Part shown: positions 51,195 through 64,000 of the stretch, one piece after another
Layout: every line of letters begins with the position of its first letter
How positions within the stretch are numbered: the stretch's first letter is position 1
NCBI GenBank assembly: GCA_951406725.2
Contig: OX597823.1
Location: 21,142,001 to 21,206,000, forward strand
Direction: 5' to 3'
Length of the DNA: 64,000 bases
From: Octopus vulgaris
Taxonomy: Eukaryota
Made by a program: the position numbers and the translations under genes
The notes under the pieces: generated by a model
Database searches by the model: none
Seen by the model: the letters and a program-made list of their open reading frames with translations, nothing else
What the model was told of the DNA's origin: nothing

Positions 51195-51348
51195 CGGAGA
51201 CGTACTTCCGTAGCAAGTGGAAGGTGCTTATAAGCCATTTAAGAAACACACAAAAACCGTTAGATTCAGTTCAACATTTAAATTTAATTCGTCAAAATAT
51301 TTTTGTCGCTTTGAGACCGCGACCTCTTCACTGACAAAACTCTGTACT

Positions 51349-51352
<4 letters not shown>
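51193..51352 (-). mobile_element. Penelope-type terminal fragment in (TA)n with variant hammerhead-like motif (about 51288-51338)
   Basis: Minus strand TTTGTCA-GTGAAGA-G-GTCGC..GCGAC-(A/G)AAA-ATATTT-TGACGAA. Confidence 0.55.
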
Positions 51353-51416
<64 letters not shown>

Positions 51417-51441
51417 ATGTGTGTGTATGTGTGTGTGTGTG

Positions 51442-51486
<45 letters not shown>

Positions 51487-51754
51487 ATATATAAATATAT
51501 GTGTGTGTGTATACATATATATATATATATATATATGTGTGTAATGTTTATAAACAAACCAGAAAGACTTTGTAAGTGTATGGAGAGAAAGGAGCTGTGT
51601 AAGCGTTGATTATGCTTGGAGTTAGTTCATTAACTTTCGGTCATTTCTTTGTATTTAAAAACTGTCGCTCCAAACTGAATAAATCATTATTATGATATAT
51701 TATTATATAATCATGTATGTGTGTGTATATATGTATGTATATATATATATATAA

Positions 51755-52456
51755 TACAAAATGGGACAAGAACGCAAAACATCCAGATAGACGATACAAA
51801 GAAAACAAGGACGGGTCATTCGGAGTTTTCTTTCCTCAGTCGACTTCCAGATTATCTTTGCAATTTCGGCTGGTTATACTCGAAATTGCTGCAATCTGGC
51901 CAGCCCCAAGGAAAAAAATAAACTAAGAGCATTATATTCCTTGGAAGTAAGCCGTAATGTATACGAAAACAAGGACGGAAAAGTGGAGAATGTTACACAA
52001 ATACAAATAACAACAGGTATCTTTCGACAAAGGAGGAATTAAATTAAGCTGGCATGTGTGGAAGTAAAGCCTTACGGCAGGGTTACATGATTTCACGGGC
52101 ACAAGGAGCAATATAGAGGTTGGACGGACGACAACCGAACCAGGAAAGAAAGGTCAGGTTTGGCTGAGCACCTGTCACGTGGGTAGAGAAAGGAGAGTAG
52201 AGGCCGATGGTCAGAAGAAATAAGGAGGGCGGGAAAAAATTACAGGGACACAGGGAAATGAAAAGAGGAGGGAAATGGAGCATGAAGAGAAGGCAAGGAA
52301 ATGTGAGAGAAGGGGAACGAAAGAACGACGAGTGGAATGAACGAAGTAAGCATGAAGGGGCTGATAGAAAGAAGGAAAGAATAAAAGAACAGTGTCGTAC
52401 AAGATTTAGATAAATGTGTACTTACATATAAGAGACCTGAGACCTAAGTGCACGTA

Positions 52457-52460
<4 letters not shown>
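51755..52460 (-). mobile_element. Repeat family Y fragment (relatives at 52787-52900 and 58527-58870), all near (TA)n
   Basis: Shared TACAAA.T.GGACAAGAACGCAAA terminus; GCAATTTCGGCTG...GGCCAGCCCCAAGGAAAA block shared with 58631-58696. Confidence 0.6.
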
Positions 52461-52509
<49 letters not shown>

Positions 52510-52741
52510 TTGTACATTAAAACACATAAGAGGTATCGGTCATACGATTCCTTGCACGCTAGAAGGAACAGCTAAAATCTAAACCGCTATTTAGGGATAA
52601 ACTTCGAAGGGAATGAAAAATAAAAACATTTACCATCTATTTCCTGGACCATGGTTTCAGACTTTTTTTAGCATATATATTATAAATTATATATATATAT
52701 GCACATACATATGTATATATATGCACACACACACACACACA

Positions 52742-52789
<48 letters not shown>

Positions 52790-52944
52790 AAAATTAGACA
52801 AGAACGCAAATATCCAGATAGTTATGTCATACAAAAAAGGGACAACAGGACATAACAACAGCTGTTTTTCGACTAAAGACGAATTAAATTAAGCTGGTGT
52901 GAATGATATATACATACATACATATATTTATATATATATATATA

Positions 52945-53171
52945 AGGCAGCGAGCTGTCAGAAACGTTAGCACGCCGGGCGAAATGCGTAGCCGTATTTC
53001 GTCTGCCGTTACGTTCTGTGTTCAAATGCCGTCAAGGTCGACTTTGCCTTTCATCCTTTCAGGGTCGATTAAATAAGTTCCAGTTACGCACTGGCGTCGA
53101 TGTAATCGACTTAATCTCTTTGTCTGTCCTTGTTTGTCCCCTCTATGTTTAGCCCCTTGTAGGTAGTAAAG

Positions 53172-53174
<3 letters not shown>
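52945..53174 (+). mobile_element. SINE family B monomer
   Basis: Head plus one core unit. Confidence 0.9.
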
Positions 53175-53218
<44 letters not shown>

Positions 53219-53222
<4 letters not shown>

Positions 53223-53335
53223 CTGCTCGCTTAGACAGCGGGGTGGCGTCATTTGAAGGCTAAAACAATGCGAAGCGCATTGTGACCAGCGATGTGTAGC
53301 AACATCTGATAGCCTGGTCCATCACGATGAACACG

Positions 53336-53340
<5 letters not shown>
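53219..53340 (+). mobile_element. SINE/LINE 3' fragment sharing its tail with the RTE fragment at 18345-18511
   Basis: TGTGACCAGCG.TGT...CTGGTC..TCA...GTGAT shared. Confidence 0.5.
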
Positions 53341-53374
<34 letters not shown>

Positions 53375-53377
53375 GTA

Positions 53378-53428
<51 letters not shown>

Positions 53429-54856
53429 TGACCTGAGTATATATTTTAACAGTAATCCCAATATATTTTTCATTGTAACATCACAACTATTTAAACATCT
53501 TGAGTAATGCCGGAGGAATAGCGGCAATGTGCTAGTTTGATAATGTGGACAATGAACCAGCTAATTTCAATTTTGAAAAGCAAATAAAATACTCTTGTAA
53601 AAACGGAATAGGATTACGCAATCCATAATTGGAAACGGTAATAACTAAATTCCCCAATGAAAGCGAGATATTGATAAATACGATTGCAAAATAGACTAGC
53701 AGGCGCAGAAAAGCTTTAAATTGACCATTGTAAAGCAATGATATGACTATGATAAAAAAAAATACAATTTAAAAGAATAATAGCCAAGTCGATAAACATA
53801 ACAGAGCAACCAACGAATTGGCAAATGAATTGACGTCAGCCATAAACTAATAATAAAACCTTTAAAAGCCGCTCAGTACAAACGATAGTCATCCAAATAT
53901 ATAGACTACATAACCGCTCGAATATAACTACACAATCAACCCGAAATACCGTACAGAATATTGTACCTAGTTATCAAAAGTGATATGCTGGAAAAATATA
54001 TGGCCGTTACAAAATATACGACCTGTGACACCGAAAGAAATGAACGCGGTGATACTTATGGAGTATACGATTGCCGTTTCTTTAATTTCGTGACTGCTAA
54101 ATATGTATTTATGTAAATGGTGTTAGTTCATTGGAGTTATGATTAAAGAACTTATTTATCGCTTTAAATCGTGGAGAGTAGGCGTACCAAAGAGGTTTCG
54201 ACGACATGTAGTGTTGAATTGCAGTTTAGACAACCGTTTCTTTAAACTAATTTTTTTATCATTCCCCCAACATTATTCCCGAACTATTTTATCTCTATCA
54301 AATAATACACACTCTATTTTCCAGACATCATTGTTTTATGCAATTGTATTGCACATTTTCATTTCATAGGCGAATATTGTTTCGTTATCGTTGTTTTAAT
54401 TTTTCATTTCTTTCTAGTGTTAAAGTAGACATGCTTTTCTTCCAAATGGCCACTAAAATCGTGATTGCGAGAGATAATTTCCATAATTCTTTACTCAGAA
54501 TATGAGAAATTTAATATGGGAAGTATTCATGCCAACATGAATTTTACCGTAGCATACAGGAATAACTCACACCAATGGCTACGTATATTTTACAATACTA
54601 TCAAATATGCATTTCATAGCACCTCAAACTTATATTTGTTAATAAAACCTACATATATTTTATATTAACACCAATATATACAATATATTTTTCCAAGTGA
54701 TTGGCTTGAAAAATTACTAAGATATCTCTCTTAACATGAAACCAACGGTAACCTTCATACACAAATAAAGAGAGGTTATCCACCAATGCGATGTTAGGCA
54801 CTCCCTCTCATTCTGTGACATTTGCGTGTATGTATGTATGTATGTATGTATGTATG

Positions 54857-54889
<33 letters not shown>

Positions 54890-54921
54890 GAGCGAAAGTT
54901 TGCGCGCTCTGAGTGCATTTG

Positions 54922-54975
<54 letters not shown>

Positions 54976-55146
54976 GCATTTTTATTATTATTGTTATTAT
55001 CATTATATAGTTATTATTGTCCTGATAAACTTCCATAGTCGCTTTCTCTCCGTAACTTACAAAACCTTTCTTGTTTGTTTACAAATATTATATATATATG
55101 CACACACAAATATGTACTTATACATGCATATATATATATATATATG

Positions 55147-55190
<44 letters not shown>

Positions 55191-55194
55191 CTTA

Positions 55195-55236
<42 letters not shown>

Positions 55237-56343
55237 TCTGTGTGAGTGTACACATACATATGTTTATGTGAATGCATGTGCTTTTGAGTGTGTGTATGTA
55301 TGCATTGAAAAGTGACTTCAAAAAGATGAAATAATACTTTACTGAAAAAAACAAAATGAAAGCAAAAGAAACAGCTGTAAAGATTTTCGATCCCTTCATC
55401 TATCTTCGACCGAATATCATTACAATTTTGACACTTTCCAATAATTTCTTCCATACACTACTTTCAACAGCACGAAGCTGCCAATGTATAGACGAGTAGA
55501 AGCGAAAAGTATAGAAAGACAAAGATGATAGAATAATGGAGATGAAAAAGAATGTAAAAGGACGATAACGGAAAAATATATATAATAAACAATAGATGTT
55601 TAAAATCTTTCAACGTAAACGAAAAATGTAAGACAATTTGTGAAAAGTATTTACGCACAGAATACGATAATAATGAGTTAAAAGCACAATAGAAAACCAA
55701 GAGCAGAGGAGAATGACCTGCGATCCCCTGAAATGTCAAGTAAGAAGTAAGGAAAAGAAAGCAGAGCGGGGGAGGTGAGTGAGACGGAGTGCTTCGTGGG
55801 GAGAAGAGAAAGTAAGAAATAATGATTGCGGAAAGAATAGAAACTGAGGCTGCGACAGAGAAATAAATTTAAAAAGGTTTCTGTAGAAAGGGAAATAAAA
55901 GAAGGTATGTGAATAGCAGACTGTAGAACGCAGAAAGACAGGGCGAGAGTGGAGGATAGAGAGAAGGTTGTTACAGGAAAGACAATTTTTGTTGTGAAAA
56001 CAATTATTCTACTACAGTAAAACATATTGAAAAAGCTGGAAGGAATTCTACAGGAAAAACAAACATACAAATGGAGTACAAGCATACACATGCACGCATG
56101 CGCTCAAACACGCAGAGAGACACACGCATAAACACACACATGTGCATGCACACACACACACACACACACAAAACACCATATCTAGAACGAGGGGAGGAAA
56201 TATAATTACAGAAGAAAAACGAAAACAGTAAGCAGATGGCACGCACCCACGCATATGCATATAATTATATACATCCATATATATTCAACTGAAAGGCTGA
56301 CAGCAGATATGCATACATATATATATGTATATATATATATACA

Positions 56344-56377
<34 letters not shown>

Positions 56378-56519
56378 CATACATACATACATACATGCTA
56401 CATACATACATACATGCTACATACATACATACATACATATATACATACATACATACATACATACATACATACATACATACATACATACATACATACATAC
56501 ATACATACATACATACCAA

Positions 56520-57672
56520 TCTTAAATGATAAACTTCTATAAAGTTTTACACATTTTTACAGTTCCAGTGACGACCTGGATGTGTAGTCTTCGAATCAGC
56601 TTTCTCCTTTCTGGTTTTGAGAAGCCTAATTTCTCGAGGTTGGTATTTAGGCAATGTGTTACATATCCTAGGTCCCCAGTAATTACAGGTATTAATCTGA
56701 ATTTGCAATCTGGATGGAGTAACTGTAGATTTCTCAATAGTTCAGCATAGGTGTTCTCTTATTCACTAATCTTCAGCTTTATGTTAACATGTGCTGGGCA
56801 GTTAATTTCCACAGCTGTGCACAGTTTCTCTTTTTTATCCCAAATCATTATATCAGGTCTGTTGTCCTTATATTTTATTGGTGTCTTCACTGGTACATTC
56901 CACCAGTATTCCTTTTCAATATGAGTGGCTATGGCTTCTACCATTTTGTGGGGTTTTATTTGGGCATATATTCTTGGTTATCAGACAAAGAGTATTGCTC
57001 AAGGAGCTGCCTACCATCTGTTATGATGTTATCATCTTCATGCATGCAAACTTGGTCAAGAGATGCTCTTCGACACTTGGTGGTTAAAAGATGTTGCCGA
57101 AGAGATATGTTGCGACATTAAAAAGCATTTTATATCCATGTTATTCCTCTGCCGCCTTGTTTACGTTTTAGGTAGAGGCGGTCTACATCACTCTTTATGT
57201 GGAAATTATGTGTACCTGTTAGTATTTTTCGGGTTTTCACATCAATGGCTCAGATTTCATCAAGCCTCCAATCAAACATCCAAAATGTTGGTATGAGTAC
57301 TGGCACTGCAAACACATTGTGGGCCACTGTTCTATTGAATTCAGAGAGTTCTGAGGCCCAAATTTTCTTTATTCGGCTGTAATATTCTTTAGAGACACGT
57401 GTTTTTGTTACAGGTGCCACTGTCAGATATATTTTCATCCACACCAAGATACCTGTAACATTCCCCGTCAGATACAGGGGAAACAGTCAAATCATTGACG
57501 GAGATGCTACTAGTCTGCTTTATAATTTCCCATTTTTCATAACCCTATAACAACATTTATCCTGACCAAACTCCAACCCAAAATCCTATGAGAATGTTGT
57601 AACCAAGTCAAGGCTCTTTTTCATCTCATCCATTTTCTTTGCATAAATTTTAAGTCATCTACAAAGAAACAA
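56520..57672 (-). mobile_element. R4/Dong-type LINE copy 3: RT C-terminal half + RLE, knuckle region deleted
   Basis: HCFFVDDLK, FGLEFGQDKC, YRYLGV, RLYLKRKQGGRG, then jump at about 56945 to MVEAIA...YWWN...NRPDIMIWDK...VEINCP. Confidence 0.9.
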
Positions 57673-58981
57673 TGTATGCATGTATGCATGTATATCTGCA
57701 TGCATATATGTATGTTTGTATATATGTATGCATGTTTGTATGGGTGTATATATGTATGTTGGTATGTATGTATGTTTGTATGTATGTATGCATGTGTGTA
57801 TGTTTGTATGCATGCGTGTTTATATGTATATATGCATATTTGCATGTATGCATATTTGTATGTATGTTTATATGTACGTATGCCCGTATATATTATGTAT
57901 GCATGTATGTATGCATGTATATATATATATTTGTATGCATGCCTGTATGTATATATGTAGGTTTGTTTGTATACATGTATGTATGGTTTTATGTATATAT
58001 GCATTCATTCATGAATTTATGCATGTATGTATGTATGTATGTATGTATGCATGCATGTATGTATGTATGTATGTATGTATGTATGTATGTATGTATGTAT
58101 GTATGTATGTATGTATGAATGAATGTATGTATAAATGCATGTGTGCATGAATGAATGAATGTATGTATTAGCAGAACTAGGTATGTTGTATGAGCTAACG
58201 TATATCAATAATTTATTAATAGACTATTTCAGACAAAATTCAATTAAACTGGTTTATTATATCTGGCATTTCAAACATGGTCTCTTAAATATTTATTTTC
58301 ATTCATTAACACGGTTATGAAACATTACACGCGTCAGCAGTATAGGTGTTCAGATTTATAGAATTAAACTCTATCTCTTCTATCTTTTGTTTCCAAATAC
58401 GCACACTCAGAAGCCACGTACGTACACATATACAAACACACACACACAATGTATATGTACTCACATGTATATATTTATATGTATATATATGCATATATAT
58501 ATAGAAATTAAATATAAAATATAAATTACAAAGTGGGACAAGAACGCAAAAACACACAAAGAGACGACACACAAAAAAAAAAACAGACGGGTCACTCGAA
58601 GCCTCTAATCTTCAGTCGGAACCGGATCATCTTAGCAATTTCGGCTGTTTAATCTTGATATCACTCCGAACCGGCCAGCCCCAAGGAAAAACTAAGCCAC
58701 AGGCATTAGATTTCTTGGAAAGAGGATCGAATGTATACGAAACAAAGACAGGATGCCACACGAATATAAATACAAGAAACAAAAAGTAGAAATAGAAATA
58801 GAATGGTAAGAAATAGAAATAGAATGGTAAGCAGGACAAAAACAACGGGCGTCTTACGACTTTAGACAATTTTTAACTTATCTTGGCTAGCGTATTTGAA
58901 AAATGTCTTTGCGGCAAAACGAAAACAAACGTTAACATGGCAGCGGTCAAGCTGAAAAGACCGGTTTGCATATATATATAC

Positions 58982-59087
<106 letters not shown>

Positions 59088-59172
59088 TTCGAGACAAAAC
59101 CACTATTTTGCAAAACAAACAAGGAAAGACTTAATCAATACATAAAAATTTTTAATATAAAGAAATAAACCG

Positions 59173-59215
59173 CCACTACAATCGTTTCATGTCTTCAATG
59201 ACATTCGTCAGGTGG
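59173..59215 (-). ncRNA. Compact type I hammerhead, canonical core, GUA site
   Basis: CCAC-CTGACGA-ATGTC ATTGAA GACAT-GAAA-C-GATT-GTA-GTGG, inside a roughly 170-bp island between (TA)n tracts. Confidence 0.88.
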
Positions 59216-59247
59216 ATTTTCGATCTCTGGATTTATTCCCTAATATT

Positions 59248-59295
<48 letters not shown>

Positions 59296-59334
59296 TCACG
59301 TACACAGAGAAAGAGAGAGGAACAAACAGAAAGG

Positions 59335-59379
<45 letters not shown>

Positions 59380-59731
59380 AGCGTAGAAGCGTAGAAGCGT
59401 CGATAGATAGGTAGATATTTCAACTGAAGTAATCCTGAGATGTCAGACGATTCGAGTTTCAATCCTGTGCGATCGTCAGATTAACTAATGTTACAACTCA
59501 ATTGTTTTCACTAGCTGGACTTATGCCAATCCTACAATCGAGGTGACCGCACTTCGCTGTTACTGGAGGCAATTTTGATTAAGAAAGTTTACCTCTTTGA
59601 AGATCCATGGATTACTTCATCTATAAAGTAGTCGTTTTACAGCTTTGAATTATTGACTTCTGCATTGAGTCTGTTCTTGTCTGTTTGTCGTAGTCGTGCA
59701 TGTTGAAGATGCAAGTTTGATCTGCCTTTTA

Positions 59732-60194
<463 letters not shown>

Positions 60195-60731
60195 ACATAA
60201 TTCCTCATCTTTTAGATATCGAACTGTATTGCCGTTTTACTGTTTACATCCTCTCATGTTTTTTTTTTGTTTGGTATTTACCTGTCGAGAAAACCATACT
60301 CCCTCATATGTTCTATCGTTTAGTGTGATGGTGTTCATCTTAAGTTACAGAATCGAGCACCTCTCTCCATTTATGAAGAATGTGCCGTCATCTTATCTAG
60401 TATCCATGGATAGGTTACCGGTGAATGCCTGATTTTAACTTCTTTTGTTGTTGTTCTCTCATGACAAAATGATGGAAAACAGTGAAATATTTGTGGAAAA
60501 GATGCAACTTTCTTTCAGACATATGCCTACTGGAATCTCAATCCGGCAGCTGACTATATTTCACTCAATTTTGTTGTATAGGGATGCAGTAGATCGCATT
60601 TGGATTGTATACCTATTGATGTCATGAAACGTCCTCCACAAAATCTTTCACTTAACTGTCGGAAAAAGTTTACACACGACAAAACTAAAATGTCACGCTA
60701 CTTCTTGCTTATTTATTTATAGTTATTTATA

Positions 60732-60889
60732 GGCGCAGAAGTGGCTGTGTGGTAAGTAGCTTGTTTACCGACCACATGGTTCCGGGTTCAGTGGCACCTT
60801 GGGCAAGTGTCTTCTACTATCGGGCCGACCAATGCCTTGTGAGTGGATTTGGTAGATGGAAACTGAAAGAAGCCCGTCGTATATATGTT

Positions 60890-60953
<64 letters not shown>

Positions 60954-61150
60954 CGTGTGTGTGTTTGTATGTTTTGCTTGACAACCGATGCTGGTGTGTT
61001 TATGTCCTCGTTACTTAGCGGTTCGGCAAAAGAGACCGATAGAATAAGTACTAGGCTTACAAAAGAATAAGTCCCGGGGTCGAGTTGCTCGATTAAAGGC
61101 GGTGCTCCAGCATGGCCGCAGTCAAATGACTGAAACAAGTAAAAGAGTAA
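60732..61150 (+). mobile_element. SINE family A, full length
   Basis: GGCGCAG.AGTGGCTGTGTGGTAAG head, GGTTCAGT B-box-like motif, internal (TA)(TG), AAAAGAGT tail. Confidence 0.9.
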
Positions 61151-61214
61151 AAAAGTATTGTTGTTTATATTATTTTTTTAATTATTTATTTTCTTGCATT
61201 TTCATTTATAATCA

Positions 61215-61420
61215 TTCCTACAATAGGCACAATGCCTGAAATTTTCGTAGGAAGTGGGTGACTCGACTACATCAACCACGGTGCTCAAATGGTGCTTATT
61301 TTATAGACTACGAAAGGATGAGAGGCAAAGCTGACATCGACTGCATTTGAACTGAGTATGTAAAGACGGACGAAATGATGCCAAGCAGTTTGTCCGACGT
61401 GCTATAACCATTCCCCCCAG
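61215..61420 (-). mobile_element. Old SINE family B copy
   Basis: CGAAAGGATGAGAGGCAAAG..GAC...ATTTGAACT.AG. Confidence 0.65.
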
Positions 61421-62157
61421 CTCACAACCTTCCGTTATTTTTCGGTTTTCCGCTTTACATTTTGTCCAGAATGCTACAAGTGATATTCTCAGTAATGTTA
61501 AGAGATTAATAGCTCTGTACTTCGCGAGATTTCGCTTGTCATCTTCTGCATATATCTGTGATATCAACGTACAGATCCTGTTTTAAGGAATCTTTTCTGT
61601 TTTCCACACTCTATTGAGTATGAAGTGTAGCATATTAAACCAAACTCCTATTTTAAGTACTTCAACGATGATAACATCTTTACCGGCGGCTTAGTGGTGT
61701 TTTTTTTTTTTCTTTTTTCGATTGTTTTTCCTCTTCATCTGTTTATTCTTTATTTCTTGCTTTCTGCTATTTCTGTATGAGTCGATGCATCAGATACGCC
61801 ATTCGCAATTTCTGTTTCCAGACTAGGAGGGAATCTTACACACACATACATACTCTCTCTCCTCCTCCCTATCTCTCTCTCTCTCTCTCTTTCTCTCTCA
61901 CACATGCACATATACACACATATATACACATATATTCATGCGTGTGTGTGTGTTTGTGTAGAGTGGTGTAGGGATCATGACATTCAAACTCTGTTTTTAG
62001 TTTTATGTCTTCAATCATATTTCAAAAACTTGCAAATGTAAAGAGCAAATGAGTTATTATTTCAATATCCTTAGTGCAGCAGTTCCTATCCCCAACTACT
62101 ATGAACACAGAGTATATATGAAAAATAAGCGCGGAAATAATTTTTTACGTAAAATCA

Positions 62158-62217
<60 letters not shown>

Positions 62218-62230
62218 AAGTTCAGTGTTC

Positions 62231-62269
<39 letters not shown>

Positions 62270-62273
<4 letters not shown>

Positions 62274-62458
62274 ATCCAAACAAGAAAACACAGAAAAAAC
62301 ACAGCAACGCGAGGACGTGGAACAATTAAAGTATTATTTGACGCTCAGGAAAGAAGGGAAGGAGGGTTTAACGTTTCGAGCGGAGCTCTTCGTCGGAAAC
62401 AAAGGAGAAGGAAAGATCCCGAGAAGGGAAGACAGAGGAAAAAATATTTTTGCTGGTG
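62270..62458 (-). mobile_element. Family X copy 3 with variant hammerhead at 62366-62400 identical to copy 1
   Basis: Reverse complement of 1008-1199. Confidence 0.82.
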
Positions 62459-62609
62459 GTGCTCAAGAGATGTGTGTATGTGTGTATTTATATGAATGTT
62501 TGTATATATGTATATCTATATGAGACAGACAAGTTGAAATAATGCTCACTATATATAATTCTTTTATTTGGCTTACAGCTGTTTCCAGTAGTAATTATTG
62601 ATAGGGAGA

Positions 62610-62655
<46 letters not shown>

Positions 62656-64000
62656 TTTTTTATTTGGTTTACAAGATTCTTTATGTGAATTCGTGTGTTT
62701 AAGCATATTTTATTGTGTCTGGGAAGAATCATTCTATTTTAGGGCTTTATTAATTTAACACACTCTCCGATTTCCCCGCATTTACTTATATATTTTCACT
62801 ACGCCTGATGAAAATAAATAAGTAAATGAGAAAGTGAATGAGTAAATATATATACCAGTGTATATAACATAATGCGTATACAAATATGGAATAGCACTAA
62901 CTGTAATATTTCGTCTCAGGAAAAACCATTTCATGTAGACTAGTCTATTAAAAGAAAGAAAAAACAGAGATGTTTTATTCAGATAAGCAATTGAATATCT
63001 TACGGTCTACAAGGTTTTCACAGCTATCGCATTGCAAGTTTTCGAAGCTTAAGTACCGTGGCTTCTTTAATATGGAAAATTTTAATTTTCTATGGATTAC
63101 CATGAAAGTAATTGTAAAGTCTGTATTATGTTACGTTAGTGTTTACATGTATAATGTCTGGACCATTAAATACCTTGCTAGAAATCAATATAAAGCAACA
63201 GTGTTTTATAAAGAGACGGTGACACATAAACAGAGATTAATAGGTAGGTTATTGTTTATATACTTAGCGTATCGATAATTAAATACCTATGTAAATAGAA
63301 ATAGTTGGTGACATTGACAGATAAACAGACAGGCAATTTAATTTGAAAGTTGTTTGCATATTTAATATATGCATAATTAGAAACAACCTAGAGATAGAGA
63401 TAAATGGATAGAGAGATTAATAAACGGGTTAGTAGTTAATATATTTGAAATTTTGAAGCATTAAAACTTAAGTAGAAAACATTATGAGGCCAAACTAAAA
63501 GTCAGGCGACGCTAATGCTCCGTAGTTTACTCTGGGGCCTCAGTTCTTAATGGAGTTGTAGAGGCGTCGTCTGGGCATAGAATTTCCTTGGGAATTTTTA
63601 TCCCAGGCGGAGCTCTGGCGAAAATACCTCAGCCTGAAAGTGTTTGAGTAAAACATATGCATTAAGTATGTAAAACCAATAATGCTGATACTATTAGAAG
63701 TTCTTCTAACTGAAAATTTGATTTTGTCTCACTTGTGACGCAGTGTTGCACATCATTAGGTAGATTTTACGCTCTTTGCATATACAGTAGACCAGCGACT
63801 GGAATTCCTTTTGAGGTTCACTCGACCCCGATGAGCTGAAATAACAGCGAAATATGAATCTACCATTCTTTTTCAACGACGGGGTGACTTGTATCGCCTG
63901 GTCTTGAGATACAAAATGTCTTTAACACTTTGCGTCTCACAGTACATTCCCTGTACGAAATATCACAAGCTGAAAGCGTTTAAACATGTATATAGATATA

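Noticed and set aside
63820-63865. CCGATGA-GCTG..CAGC-GAAA..ATC hammerhead-like core
   Set aside because: No stem I in type I geometry and no NUH in type III geometry.

Overview
AT-rich eukaryotic non-coding DNA, very probably an octopus (coleoid cephalopod) intron or intergenic region; this is inferred from the SINE families and the extreme (TA)n/(CA)n/(TACA)n/(TAA)n microsatellite load. No host protein-coding gene is recognisable, and nearly all listed ORFs are microsatellite artefacts. Real content is decayed transposons: an RTE LINE whose RT core is deleted, R4/Dong-type RLE LINE fragments sitting in (TACA)n and (TAA)n, a Penelope-like (Naiad-type) GIY-YIG ORF, mariner and DD37D/maT remnants, and several tRNA-derived SINE families. 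The most striking feature, read directly from the sequence, is a dense set of short non-coding Penelope-type terminal fragments inserted in (TA)n. They carry type I minimal hammerhead ribozymes: about 6 with intact cores and about 10 variant or decayed, from many unrelated families. Many are arranged as fold-back hairpins whose inverted arm stops inside the ribozyme. All folds and alignments were done by eye; ribozyme activity and novelty are untested.
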